Source: Octopus bimaculoides | Lineage: Eukaryota | Length of the DNA: 64,000 bases | Reading direction: 5' to 3' | Assembly (NCBI RefSeq): GCF_001194135.2 | Contig: NC_068983.1 | Location: 145,607,760 to 145,671,759 of the forward strand | Shown: positions 10,295 to 22,945 of the stretch, one piece after another | How positions within the stretch are numbered: position 1 is the first letter of the stretch | Layout: each line of letters opens with the position of its first letter | The notes under the pieces: generated by a model | Seen by the model: the letters and a program-made list of their open reading frames with translations, nothing else | Told to the model about the DNA's origin: nothing | Database searches by the model: none | Position numbers and translations under genes: made by a program

Positions 10295-10440
10295 TAACGT
10301 CCGTTTTCCTTGCTGGCAAGGGTTGGACAATTTGATAGGAGCTGGCAAGGTCAGGAGCCCTACCAGGCTCCATTGTCTGTTTTGGCATGATTTCTAAAGC
10401 AGGATGCCCTTCCAAACGCCAAACACTCCACAGAGTGTAC
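10295..10440 (-). mobile_element. RTE 3' tail fragment
   Basis: aacgtccgttttccttgctggcaagggttggac...ggatgcccttccaaacgccaaacactcc. Confidence 0.75.
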
Positions 10441-10469
10441 TTGGTACCTGCACCGACGGGATCACAAAG

Positions 10470-12372
10470 TACCTTGCAAGACTAAGAGACCAAAAGATAA
10501 AAAAAAAAAAAGGCAAAGATGAATGGTTAGTGAGAGCTGTTCGAGCCATGTACAGGGACATTGTTAGTAAGGTGAGGGTTGGCAACGAGTACAGTGAAGA
10601 ATTCCAGGTAGGGGTCCACCAATGTTCAGTCTTCAGCCCCCTCCTATTTATCATAGTCCTCTAGCCAATAACAGGAATTCAAGACAGGCTGCCCCTGGGA
10701 GCTCCTCTATGCTGATGACCTTGCTCTAATTGCTGAGTCACTATCAGAACTAGAGGAGAAGTTTCAGGTGTGGAAGCAAGGATTAGAATCAAAGGGCCTT
10801 AGAGTCAACCTAGCTAAAACCATAAGTAGGAAGGCAAACAAACCACAAACCCTTGCTTGATCTGTAGAAAATGTGTAGGTAGAAACTCTGTCTCTAGTGT
10901 AAGCTATGGACACATAAGAGGTGCAGCAATATCAAATGAAGGCTAACTAGGAAGATAGTTTTTGTATGTGGCAGATGCTCAGGAGCAATAAACACTGAAA
11001 ATATGCAGAGAACTTCTGCCACATTCCAGGGAGAAAAACGAGAAGTAGTTGATAGCTTCCGTTATCTAGGTGATCAATTCAGTAACAGGGGTGGGTGATC
11101 TGAAAGTGTAGCTGCTAGAATAAGAATAGCCTGGGCAAAGTTCAGAGAGCTCTTACCTCTGTTGGTGACAAAGGGCCTCTCACTCAGAGTAAAAGGCAGA
11201 CTGTATGACACATGTGTATGAACAGCCATGCTACATGGCAGTAGAACATGGGCCATGACTGATGAGGGCATGCGTAAGCTTGCAAAGAACGAAGCCAGTA
11301 TGCTCCGCTGGATGTGTAATGTCAGTGTGCATACTTGACAGAGTATAAGTGCCTTGAGAGAAAAGTTGGACCTAAGAGGCATCAGATGTGGTGTGCAAGA
11401 GAGACGATTGTGCTGGTATGGTCAAATGGTGCGAATGGATGAGGATATCTGTGTGAAAAAGTTGAGGGAAACTGGAAGAGGTAGACCCAGGAAGACCTGG
11501 GATGAGGTGGTGAAGCACGACCTTCAAACATTAGGCCTCACTGAGGCAATGACTAGTGACCGAGACCTTTGGAAATATGCTGTGCTTGAGAACACCCGAC
11601 AAGCCAAGTGAGATCATAACCTGTAGCCTATGCCAGTGGTGTAACCAGCCCACTTAGGCGTACCTTTCTTTCATTGGACACTAAACTCTGCTTGCGAAGA
11701 CCTGTTGAGGCAAGTGAAATCGAAATCAAATTCGATGACAGCACCACATGACTGGCATCCATGCTAGTGGAGCGCTAAGAACACCATCCAAGCGTGATTG
11801 TTGCCAGGGCTGCTGACTGGCCCCCATGCCGGTGACATGTAAAAAGCACCATTCGAGCATGATCGTTACCAGCGTCGCCTTACTGGCACTTGTGCCGGTG
11901 GTATGTGAAAAACAGCATTCGAGCGAGGGTGATGCCAGTGCTGCTGGACTGGCTCCTGTGCAGGTGACGTGTAAAGACATTTGAGCGTGGCCATTGCCAG
12001 TACTGCCTGATTGGCCCATGTGCCTGTGGCACATAAAAGCACCCACTACACTCTCGAAGTGGTTGGCGTTAGGAAGGGCATCCAGCTGTAGAAACTCTGC
12101 CAGATCAGATTGGAGCCTGGTGCAGCCATCTGGCTCACCAGTCCGCAGTCAAACCGTCAAGCCCATGCTAGCATGGAAAGCGGATNNNNNNNNNNGTGGC
12201 ACATAAAAGCACCCACTACACTCTCGAAGTGGTTGGCGTTAGGAAGGGCATCCAGCTGTAGAAACTCTGCCAGATCAGATTGGAGCCTGGTGCAGCCATC
12301 TGGCTCACCAGTCCGCAGTCAAACCGTCAAGCCCATGCTAGCATGGAAAGCGGATGTTAATGATGATGATGA
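10470..12372 (+). mobile_element. 5'-truncated, degenerate RTE-clade non-LTR retrotransposon (RT C-terminal half, 3' UTR array and tail)
   Basis: Translation across stops and frameshifts: EWLVRAVRAMY...GVHQCSVFSPLLFIIVL...CPWELLYADDLALIAES (YADD at 10708-10719)...FRYLGD...ARIRIAWAKFRELLPLL...GRGRPRKTWDEVVKHDL...AVLENTRQAK*; tail ends in (ATG)n. Confidence 0.9.
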
Positions 12373-13382
12373 TGGATTTTCTTCTTTTATGCTATTCCTT
12401 ATGTTGTGGTTTAACCCCACGTCAGCACTAATCAGACATACCTACAATCAAAGGCATTTCAACGTTGATTATCCCATGTTCCCTACTAAATTACTTTACT
12501 TTTTTAAGATTGTTGGTTATAATTTGGGCAAGATTTCGCTGCTTTTTCTGTTAGGTTGATGGATGTTAGAGGCTCTTTAGTGTGGAGTTATTCAACTGAT
12601 TAGGTTTTAGTAAATGTTTTTTTTTCTCCCCTGCCTAATATAATTTTCTGTATATCTGTATTTAGTTCTATATTTTCTCAAGTGTAGAGTTTATATTTTG
12701 AGTTGAAATCTCACTATAGTGAGCTTTGCATTCCATTCTTCCAGAATCAATAAAATACCAGTCAAGTACTTGGATTCAACTAATTGACTGTGTCCACCTT
12801 TATTTTTTCCCCAAAGACCTAACACACCTTAGAATTTTAGCTTAAGTTTTTATTATTTATTGTATCAATCTTTATTTCAGGTAAANNNNNNNNNNAAACT
12901 TTTCATTTATGTTTATTGTTACAAATGTAGTCAGTTATTAGCAAAGGCATAGCTTGATAATACTTGATAATACTGGTGTCAAGTTCAAATGAAGAGTAAC
13001 ATGTTTCAGCTAGAGATAGTCTGATTTGACCTACATCTACCTCACTCAGGGACTTGCTTCATGTGAGTGATAGTGTTAAATCTGATTTATCTGTATCTAG
13101 GCGATTGTATACACAGCAGCGGTGTCAATCTAATTTCTGAAATACAATTATTTCCATAACTCTAGTATCTCACAATTTCCTGATTAAGCCATTTCTCTTC
13201 ATGTACTTAAGGCCCTCACCTGTAACCAGTTACAGTCAATAACCTGGAGTTGGCATTGGCTCCATTTTGATTTACTTAACCTTTTCTCTCACTTCATGAA
13301 GATAACAGTTTCCTTTAGTGTGGGGTTGACACAGTAAGTGTAGAGATACTTTTATCTTCAAATAAACAGGAAATTTGTGTCA

Positions 13383-13383
13383 G

Positions 13384-13424
<41 letters not shown>

Positions 13425-13440
13425 ACAAACACACACACAC
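13383..13440. repeat. (CA)n microsatellite
   Basis: Direct reading. Confidence 0.95.
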
Positions 13441-13758
13441 ACTTTTCCTGTACATTTGTATTGTACTTCATTTTTTTTTTCAAGTACAGCATCTTTATGC
13501 ACTGTGTTTAAAACCCATCTGGGTCAGCTTTATCTTTATTGTTTTGCAGTCAGGGAAATAAGTATCAGTTGAGAACTGGTGTTAATATAATCAACCATAC
13601 AATCTTGTAAAATTTATGGCCTTTTGCTTTTGTTAGAAATTGATAATATACTTGGATGTTGTTAGGGTTGACGTTTAGAGAGACATTGAAATATTATGTA
13701 AATGAGCAAGTTTTTATTTAGTTTCCATTTTTCTTTTTTCAAAATCCAATAATCTGGC

Positions 13759-13761
<3 letters not shown>

Positions 13762-13802
<41 letters not shown>
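13762..13802. repeat. (CT)n microsatellite
   Basis: Direct reading. Confidence 0.95.
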
Positions 13803-13804
<2 letters not shown>

Positions 13805-13823
13805 AGAGAGTGAGAGAGAGAGG

Positions 13824-14210
13824 TGTGGGCATAGCTGTGTGGTACGAAGCTTGCTTCTCAACCACATGGTTCCAGGTTCAATCCTACCACGTGCCACCTT
13901 GGGCAAGCATCGTCTACTATAGCCTTGGGCTGATCAAAGCCTTTTGAGCGGATTTGCTAGATGGAAACTGAAAGAAGCCCATCGTATATATGATATGTGT
14001 ATACATTTATGTGTGTCTGTGTTTCTCCCCTCCATCGCTTGACAACCGATGTTGGTGTGTTTATGTTTCCATAACTTAGCAGTTTGGCAGAAGTGACAGA
14101 TAGGATAAGTACCAAGTTTACAAAGAATAAGTCCAGAGGTTAATTTCTTTGACTAAAAGGCAGTACTTCAGCATGGCCCCAGTCCAATGACTGAAGCAAG
14201 TAAAATAATA
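13824..14210 (+). mobile_element. tRNA-derived SINE family A, near full length
   Basis: Head gcatagctgtgtggtacgaagcttgc...ggttcaatcc; caccttgggcaag core-like segment; same family at 49632-50030 and 53613-53950. Confidence 0.85.
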
Positions 14211-14234
14211 ATAGGATATACATATATATATATA

Positions 14235-14720
14235 TATATGAGAGGACCCGGCAAGCCAAGTAAGATCGTTGCCAGTGCCCCTGGACTGGCTTGTGCGGGT
14301 GGCACATAAAAGACACCATTTCGAGCGTGGCTGTTTTCGTGCGGGTGACACGTAAAAGCACCCACTACACTCTNNNNNNNNNNNNNNNNNNNNNNNNNNN
14401 NNNNNNNNNNNNNNNNNNNNNNNNNNNNNNNNNNNNNNNNNNNNNNNNNNNNNNNNNNNNNNNNNNNNNNNNNNNNNNNNNNNNNNNNNNNNNNNATATA
14501 TATATATATATATATCACCTTTTGAGCATGGTTGTTGCCAGTACCCGCCTGACTAGCCCTCGTGCCGGTGGCACGTAAAAGCACCCACAACACTCTTGGA
14601 GTGGTTGGCGTTAGGAAGGGCATCCAGCTGTAGAAACTCTGCCAGATTAGATTGGAGCCTGTCCTCAGTCAAATCGTCCAACCCATGCTAGCATCGAAAG
14701 TGGACATTAAACAATGATGA
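14235..14720 (+). mobile_element. RTE 3' UTR/tail pieces either side of an N-gap
   Basis: Hairpin-array units and gcacccactacactct / ggaagggcatccagctg tail sequence. Confidence 0.75.
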
Positions 14721-15379
14721 TATATATATATATATAGTGTTGCATTATGTTATATTTGCCGTGGTGCAAAGTGTTTAAATCTAAGAGCAAGATTATTAAA
14801 CTTACTTCGTAGTGCAAATACAATCTATGAGCTGTTATTAAAAGACCTGGTGAAAACTTTGTTCAATAATTTTTTTTTTATCTAATAATATGAAATGGCA
14901 CATATTTATCTGTTTTTCTGCATGTAAAGTCTAATAATGATAGCTATGCAATTGGTTGTATGTATATATTCCTTGGAACATATATACCACCATTTCACTC
15001 ATTGTTACCTAGTAAACAGGCTATTAGTTTATTAGCAACCAATCAATGTTTATTGTTCTCCTTCAAGTGTGTATGCATCAGTTTGTTGGCTTTTGTCTAA
15101 TTACATACATCAATGCTGGAGAGATTAACTCTTTTCACATATACACATCATACAAACAAGGGAGCCCCTGCAAGACTACTTAACCTTCTAGGAATAACAG
15201 CCAAATCTCTGTTCTGTCTTAAATAAGCTGAGGACATGTTAGATACTGTAGTTTTAGATGCACCTAAAAATACAAGCTGACTATTCCTGGAATGCCTGTT
15301 TTTGATCATCCTGTATGTACAAAGTTAACCTGGCATTAAACAAGAGAAACACACCATCACCACCACCACCATCATCATC

Positions 15380-15860
15380 ATTTTAATGTTCACTTTCCTT
15401 TGCTTGCATGGATTTGATAGAATTTGTTTTAGCAGGTTTTCTATATCACCAGATGCCTTTCTTGCAGCCAACTCTTATCTGTTTCTTCCAGGCAATTAAT
15501 AATTCCCCATGCCAATTGGACATGTTTTCATGGAAGATTGGAAATGAAGGTCACTGCATTTATGATACTGATGTTCATTTATTATTATCACATAAGGCCA
15601 GGACAAAGAAACACCAGCACACTCATACACACACTTGTATACACATACATACATTACATACACACTTGCAACATGTATACATGCACAAATACATACATAT
15701 GAACAGACAGACATCAGGTTACTTCCAGCTTCCGTCTGCCCAATCCACTCACAAAGCTTTGGTTGGCATGGAAGATACTTTCTTAAGGTGCCATGCAGTG
15801 AAGCTGAACCTGAGACCAGGTATTTGGAAATTGAACTTCTTAACCACACAACCATACCTA
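15380..15860 (-). mobile_element. Adjacent SINE fragments: RTE-tailed family (15380-15545) and family A head (15725-15860)
   Basis: Reverse complements match 45270-45480 and the head of 13824-14210. Confidence 0.65.
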
Positions 15861-15916
15861 GTAATATTTGAGTTCAACACTAAGTCAGTGAACTTACTTG
15901 TCAGTTAACCCTTTAA

Positions 15917-16230
15917 CCCCTTACTTGGCAAAGATGAGTTAACTTGTCTTCACCCAATTTATCTTTTTCAGGGTGTGATGAGTAAAATCGTTCCAAAACA
16001 TGCAATTTTGAAAACAGTCACAAACGAGTTGATACATCAATTCTTGGCATTTCTTGGCTTTTTTTTTAATTTACAAATTACACCCAGATTTTGAGCCCAG
16101 AAGATGACACTGAGTATAAGCCTTCTATTAGAAGCTTGGATACATCAGATGAGAGTGCAAGCTCATCAAATAAAAAAAATTTGTCTGAAAATGAAACATT
16201 TTCTCCCCCAAAAAGTTGCTGGGAAAGGGG
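15917..16230 (+). mobile_element. Internally deleted piggyBac-type element
   Basis: TTAA on both sides (15913-15916, 16231-16234), CCC…GGG termini, about 15-bp imperfect TIR (ccccttacttggcaa / ttgctgggaaagggg), internal acidic peptide EDDTEYKPSIRSLDTSDESASSS like transposase N-termini. Confidence 0.65.
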
Positions 16231-16234
16231 TTAA

Positions 16235-16452
16235 GGTGGTGAGCTGGCTGAATTGTTAAGCATGCCAGGCAAAATGCTTAGTGGCATTTCATCTGTCTTT
16301 AAACGTTCTGAGTTCAAATTCTGCCGAGATCAACTTTACCTTTCATCCTTTCGGGGTCGATAAAATAAGTGCCAGTTGAGCTTTGGGGGTTGATGTAATC
16401 GATTTACCCCATCCCCTAAGTTGCTGGCCCTGTGTCAAAATTTGAAACCAGT
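16235..16452 (+). mobile_element. Meta-domain tRNA-derived SINE, full length
   Basis: ggtggtgagctggctgaattg...gagttcaaattc...tttcatcctttcggggtcgataaaataagt...gctggccctgtgtcaaaatttgaaacc. Confidence 0.85.
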
Positions 16453-16459
16453 TACTTAA

Positions 16460-16670
16460 CCCTTTAGTATTCAGATTTCTTTGTCAAATGTATTACTTAT
16501 TTATACACATTGTTGTGAATTAATCATGCATTATCTTATAGTTTCAAGATTTCAATGGTGGGTTTATATATTTTTAGAATGGCATTGTTGGGTAGGTTTG
16601 AGAGGCTGGACCTTGTCAATTTTGACATAAATTAAGTAGAATATTTGGGCTGGATATAGCATACCATACC
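16460..16670 (+). mobile_element. TTAA-type MITE family G, right end lost
   Basis: ttaa|ccctttagtattcagatt... aligns with 62768-62987. Confidence 0.7.
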
Positions 16671-16671
16671 A

Positions 16672-17216
16672 ACCCATACCAACCTCTCCTTCATTGGACA
16701 CTAAACTCTGCTTGCGAAGACCTGTTGGGGCAAGTGAAATCAAAATCGAACCAAATTCGATGACTGGCACCTGTGCCAGTGGAGCGCTAACAGCACTGTC
16801 CGAGCGTGATCATTGCCAGAGCAGGTGTCTGGCTTCTGTGCAGTGGTATGAAAAAGCACCATTTGAGCGTGATCGTTACCAGCATCGCCTTACTGGCACT
16901 TGTGCCAGTGGCATATGAAAAACATTCAAGCGAGGTCATTGCCAGTGCTGCTGGACTGGCTCCTGTGCAGGTGGCACGTAAAAAACACCATTTTGAGTGT
17001 GGCCGTTGCCAGTACCACCTGACTGGCCCTCATGCCGGTGGCATGTAAAAGCAGCCACTACACTCTCAGAGTGGTTGGCGTTAGGAAGGGCATCCAGCTG
17101 TAGAAACTCTGCCAGATCAGATTGGAGCCTGGTGCAGCCATCTGGTTCGCCAGTCTTCAGTCAAATCGTCCAACCCATGCTAGCATGGAAAGCAGACGTT
17201 AAATGATGATGATGAT
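16672..17216 (+). mobile_element. RTE 3' UTR with about 5 hairpin-array units and tail
   Basis: Collinear with 11650-12372. Confidence 0.85.
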
Positions 17217-17672
17217 AACACTACTTGTGACATGAATTTTCAGGCCTTACAACTGTTGGTTCTCCCCACTATAGTTTCACGCCAACAAGTTTTGTCTCTT
17301 AGTTCAGTATAGTACTGTTAAAATGTTACTTTCCTGCTCGGAATCATGTGAAGGTTGACAACAGGAAGGGCATCTGACCATAGAAAATTTACTTTGATAA
17401 ATTCTGTCTGACCCATGCAAGCATGGACGAGTGTGTGTCAAAATGATAATTAATGATGTAATTTATCTTATGGACAGCTGAATCTTACCTAAAAAGTAAT
17501 TTTTCTAACTTCAAAGTATTAAATGGTACTAAACTGTATTGTTTATCATTGAGTGTTTATTTACTTGCTAAATTGGACAGTGGTTTGGAGAGCTTTTGTC
17601 AATTTATTGATGTTGCATAAGTTCACATGCAGTATGGAGATAAGGATTCTGACGTTTCTGGCAAAGGCCTTT

Positions 17673-17708
<36 letters not shown>

Positions 17709-18781
17709 ATTCTTTTAAATGTTTATGAATTGAGAATATAAGCTCTTCAAAAATGTGCAGGGATGGAAAGATAAGGAGAATTAGAATAGTGAAGGCTAGA
17801 ATTTATTTGAAAATAGCATAGATTGACATCAACTGAACTAGTGCATATGGGCTGTAGAGAAGAGTTTTAGCTAACATAGATGACTAGTGTAACGTAAGCA
17901 AGCTTATTTGCAGGTAGGAGAGAAAGCAGTAGATACCTCTTCATGGTGTGGTGCAAATCTTAAGTGAATTGTCTCAAGTTAGATGTAAGTGTGGTGATGT
18001 GTTATATAACATAATGAACATTGAATAGAATCCAGAGCCTAAAGAAACTATTGGTAGTCTGAATTGGCAAAAATCATAGAGTAAAATTCACAAAGTGAAT
18101 AAGCTTGCTTGTTGCATGTTTTGTTCTTGAGAAAATGATAGTTATTAGATGGCCAATTTGATTTTTGAAACATTTTTTCCCAGGTATTATCTATCAGAAA
18201 AGATACTTAAGCTATCTAAAGCTTTACAAAAATCCTTTCCCCAATTCTCACCTCTCTCTCTTGTGTGCATCATGAATCATTTAAATAAAATTTTATGAAT
18301 TGTTAGACAAAAGCAGTATGTCTATATTACCGTAACACTTTATCTTAATAGGACATATGTGATTTTAAATGTTTGTGTGATTAATTTTAAAATAAAGTGT
18401 CTATTTATTAGTCCCTTCATATGTACTATTTTGTGCAGGAGTTTTAAAATTTTTGTTGGTTTTTCTCATTAGAAAACCAAGGCAGCCTTGTATTTTTATC
18501 TGTTGCTCTGTTTGAGTGACCTCTTGTTTGTGTTTTGTAAAACGAAATTATTACATTCCCGATAGGTTATGTGATCATATAGAGACTATCTCATTAGCTA
18601 ATAATATTTTCTCAGCATTATGCTGTATCATTTCAAAAGAATTAACTTTTACATTACTTGTAGGAAGTTTTAATTCATTTCATTTATTGTGTATTTTTGC
18701 AGTGGAACACTTGACTAAATCTATTTAGTTTTATCTCTCTAGAAGTTCAAAACTTGCTGGGGTTAACTTGAATTTTTATCT

Positions 18782-19065
18782 TTTACTTGTTTCAGTCATT
18801 GAACTGTAACCATGCTGAGGGATTTTCCCTCAAATGTATCAATCCCAGAGTTGACTTTTTAAACCTGGTACTCATTCTATTAGTCTCTTTTGCTGAATCT
18901 TTAAGTTATGGGGACATAAACCAGCACTGGTTGTCAGGCAGTGATAATGAACAAACACACACACATACACACCCAGCTTTGGTAAAAGACATTTGCCTTT
19001 GTATCACATAGTGGGACTGAACTGAGAACCATGTGGTTGGGAAACAAACTTCTTGCCACACTGCT
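18782..19065 (-). mobile_element. SINE family A fragments
   Basis: Reverse complement matches the 3' part and head of family A. Confidence 0.65.
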
Positions 19066-19693
19066 ATGCTAACAAAGTTTTATTTTTTTACTTCACTTTT
19101 TGACTTACCAAAATACCAGTCAAATACTGGAATCACATCAGCCAGTCATAAAACTGCTCTCCACCTTTTATGCCAGTGTGAGAAATCAATGCACTTGATT
19201 CACTTCAGGTGCAATATTTCTTTTTCTTATTTAATTTTCTTTGGTTTGGGTTGAACTCATATGTTTTATTTGCAGTCCAGGGTTATGTTGCTCTTATTCA
19301 CTATGCTAAGGATATATTTATTTATGGAATTATAGCACTCAAAGAATATTGAAGAAAATATTGATTTATTGATAAAGGAGATAGAAACACATGCAGCACC
19401 CTCACAAATCTCAAGCAGAGAATCTAGTTTGTCATTGCTTTTTTAATCATTTGTTGAAATTACTATTGGCTGTAAGCTGGTGGTGATGGGGAAGTTCTAT
19501 TGGTAACTAGCTGAGTTGTGCATTTTGTCATGCACATGCACAACCAGATATTGACAAATATGCTGTCAAAAATAAAGAGTAACAAGATAACACCATTGCT
19601 TTTGTTCATTCATATCTGAAAGAATGCTCTATTTAGCACGAAACTCGAAAGCCATTGCAAAATAGTAATTTTTACATGTGCACTCACATATGC

Positions 19694-19697
19694 GCTC

Positions 19698-19728
<31 letters not shown>

Positions 19729-19729
19729 T

Positions 19730-19783
<54 letters not shown>
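19694..19783. repeat. (CT)n-rich microsatellite
   Basis: Direct reading. Confidence 0.95.
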
Positions 19784-19785
<2 letters not shown>

Positions 19786-21119
19786 CAAGAATATCTTGGA
19801 GTGAGAAGAACAAACCTGTTGAATTTTGAGCCATCATTTTCATGTTCTCCAACTCAGGACCCATAGTTTACCATACCGTAATAAAAGGCAAGACCAATTA
19901 TGAAAATTTATGTTGCTATAAAAGACATTAACACCTAAGTGAATATAGCTTGGCCAATTAGATCATCTGTTGTGTAACCAAATGAGCTGGAATCTTCCTA
20001 TCTCATAACCTGGTTAAACATTCTAGGAACTCAGTTGGGTGTTATAAAATTTGAATCCTCAGACAGAATGACTTGAGGTGGTACTTGAAGCTATGTCAGT
20101 TGGCTTTGTGATAAGGCATTCTCATTTGTTCTACTTAATCTGTTCTCCATAATTATAAATTGTCTTTGCGTTACTATTTAGCATATTATGCAGTGAAAAC
20201 TTGTACGTATTCCATTTGATATCTTTAGAATGCAGTTCTCTTTATTCAACTGTTGTATATATGTAAATACAAATGTTCCAAGTTAATAAAAATGTATGAG
20301 AACTAATACCAATATTAGTATGGTCATTATGAACATAACACACAACCCACTAAATGTTGCTTTTAATCAATAACTATTTAACAACCTTAATACCTCACCA
20401 AAACCCATTAATATTGTCTATCATGTTGTTTAGCTGTATGCGAGCTGTGTTCCAGATGTCTTGTCTCCTTATTTAAAAAACCCCAAAAACTGTAGTGATT
20501 TGAGAGAAAAATAGCTGTTATTTCTACCAGTTCACTTTTATGCTCTCTTACCTCTTTCATTATGGAACCACTTGCGTGATCAGTTTAATAAGAAATGATT
20601 ATTATTTATTACAAACTTGACAATTGTAATATCTCTTTTTCAAAATGTTATTTTATATGACATTCTTACTGCACCTAAAATTACTGACTCATAGCTACTG
20701 TTTTTCCATTGATTGTTATATATATATATATATATATATATATGTTTGTATGTAACCACATACATGCATATTGCATGAGGGAGGTACAAAATGAGTACAA
20801 AAAAATATAATCAGTTGTAAATATGCTGAATAATCAAGGCTTAGACAGGTAATCTGTATTGAGCTTCTTTCATATTTTTTCTTCATTTTTATCAGTAATT
20901 GATTAATAATGTTCTTATATACCTTAATTCATGAACCAAAATTAGGTAAAATAATTAAATAAATAAGGATCTGAAATCCACCTGAAAGTTCACTAGGGTT
21001 TTTTTTTTAACATTCCAATTTGAGTTTTGACTTCAACTGCAGTTGAAGGTTTTATTGTATTTGAAACCTGGCCTTGTTTGAATCAAGTGTTTTCACATTG
21101 AAATAATTCTTAATATCAG

Positions 21120-22098
21120 TCTATATAAATAAAAAAATTGAAATTTGCAATTCCTGACATTCTAAACATATGACTTTGAATGTCATAACTTACTACATAT
21201 GTGGGGAATTCTGTCTGTTTGTGGAGTTGTTAGCTAACTCCTCCTACATCATTTTATCAATTTTGATGAAACTTGACACTTGAGTAGAACTCATGTCTGG
21301 AAACCTCATGGTATACTCAGATTGTTGAAAAAAATCAATAATAAGGTCCCTGGAAGGGATCCTTATATATATCTAATATATTTTATCTTAAAAAGCCAAG
21401 GGAAATAACCCATTTGCCCCTGGAAGGGATCCTTATATATAACCAAGGGAAATAATCCATTTATTTTCCTAAATTATTTGGTAAAAATGAAATTGAGTAT
21501 GCTTATTTGTTAGTATTTGAATTGTTAGGGTTATTTTTGCAATTTATCCAGTACAACCCTTAAACAAGTAAATAGTATTTTCCTAACCAATAGATCCACA
21601 TATTTCGGTTAGTGACTTATTCACGAATATACCAACACTAGTGCCCCTGAGGGTAATATTCTCTGGGAATGCACAAAAGCCCTTTTCAGAGTTATTTACT
21701 TTGAATTGTTATTATCTCATATCTGATTAGCCTGTTATTATGTAACATGCTTCACAGTTTTAGTATACATACCTTATTAGTATTTCTTCCTGTGTTCTAT
21801 ATACTCTGAGAACACATTAAAGCCCATTTCGGGGCTACTTTATTTGAATTCTTACTATTGGGTAACTAATTTCATGTTATTACATAACTGACTTCACAAT
21901 TTGGGCATTCATAACTTATTGGGAATTCCTAAAAACAAGATCCTGTGTAAGACTGTTTGGTAGTCTCTGTAAATGCACAAAAACCATTTTAAGGGCTACA
22001 TACTTTGTATTATTGTTATTGGATTAGTGAAACAATTATGGGAATGGAACCAAGGGATAAGCCCTGCTTTCCCGGGAATTACCGGGTACGTCAGCTAG
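21120..22098 (+). mobile_element. Non-autonomous Helitron-like element
   Basis: 5' TCTATATAAATAAAA (preceded by G, not the canonical A); attttgatgaaacttgacac motif; internal duplicated ccctggaagggatccttatatata; 3' hairpin cccgg-gaatta-ccggg (22071-22086), then CTAG (22095-22098) followed by T. Confidence 0.65.
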
Positions 22099-22539
22099 TG
22101 TATTTAATATAAGCATGTATGCTTCATTAGCTTTGAAGGATTTTTTGAGTTTCACACATAAAACAGATGAGAAATGATATTCCTATGGATAGAATGACAG
22201 TATATAGCAATTAACATTCTCAGGTGATCTAAGACTTATTATGAGCAGCAACTTAGGCAATAAACTGTGTCCTGCCCGGAAAAATATGAGATGTATATGG
22301 TATTGTTATCATTGTTGCTTCACTTAAGAAATTTGTTCTTTATTGACCACATTCAATCAGAGCAGTTGCTCAGTTCTTGGTCAGTCATAAGGATCAAGTA
22401 GATTTATGATTAATGGTGTACAAGCTGTAATCATTCTGTCTTTTTATACATACTGTGACCATTTTGTCTTTTTTAGACGTCGGGTGTTCAAAGTCGTCTT
22501 CCTTTTCCAAGACAGGACTGATATTTCTAGCAATTGACT

Positions 22540-22710
22540 GCCTATGTGCTCCTTCATCAACTTGAGTAGTGTGTTGTTTAGCCCTGATCTAAACATTTAG
22601 AGTGCTATTCCTTTTTCAGGATGGAAGGTGTCATTTGAAGGAATTTGACTGCTATTTCTTGCAGGTTGATTGACCACATAGAGACTCCCTCTTTGCTTGG
22701 TATTTATGGC
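22540..22710 (+). mobile_element. SINE-like repeat family F (other degenerate copies near 24470-24600, 25150-25340, 27100-27270, 27800-27960, 29180-29360, 46920-47120)
   Basis: Recurrent gtttagccc...gaaggaatttgactgctatttcttgcaggttgattgaccacatagagactccct motif. Confidence 0.55.
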
Positions 22711-22945
22711 AAAAGGTGTTTCTAAACCCCACCCCTACATTTTTTTTTACCAAGAATAAAGAATAATGAATTCTAGCATTTCTAAATGTAGTTCCATTGA
22801 ATTCACTGAATGGACAAATAATTGTGAAATTGTAAGGTGTGTGGAGGAAATGTGATGTTGTTGGAGGAAACTCTTTTGTATAATTTAGAATATTAAGTAC
22901 CTAAGAATAGACAATGTTAAAAGAGGAATAAAGCTTGCTTGCTGC

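Noticed and set aside
12026-12355. Apparent 160-bp tandem duplication of the RTE tail
   Set aside because: The two copies are identical, including rare variants, and sit either side of a roughly 10-N gap; most likely overlapping contig ends, an assembly artefact
12110-12559. 149-aa ORF
   Set aside because: Read-through of the duplicated RTE tail, an N-gap and AT-rich flank
15408-15908. 166-aa ORF, the longest in the track
   Set aside because: Made of SINE fragments and (CA)/(TA)-rich low-complexity sequence
19340-19445. Protein-like frame HSKNIEENIDLLIKEIETHAAPSQISSRESS
   Set aside because: No donor before the stop, no upstream coding exon, no homology recognised
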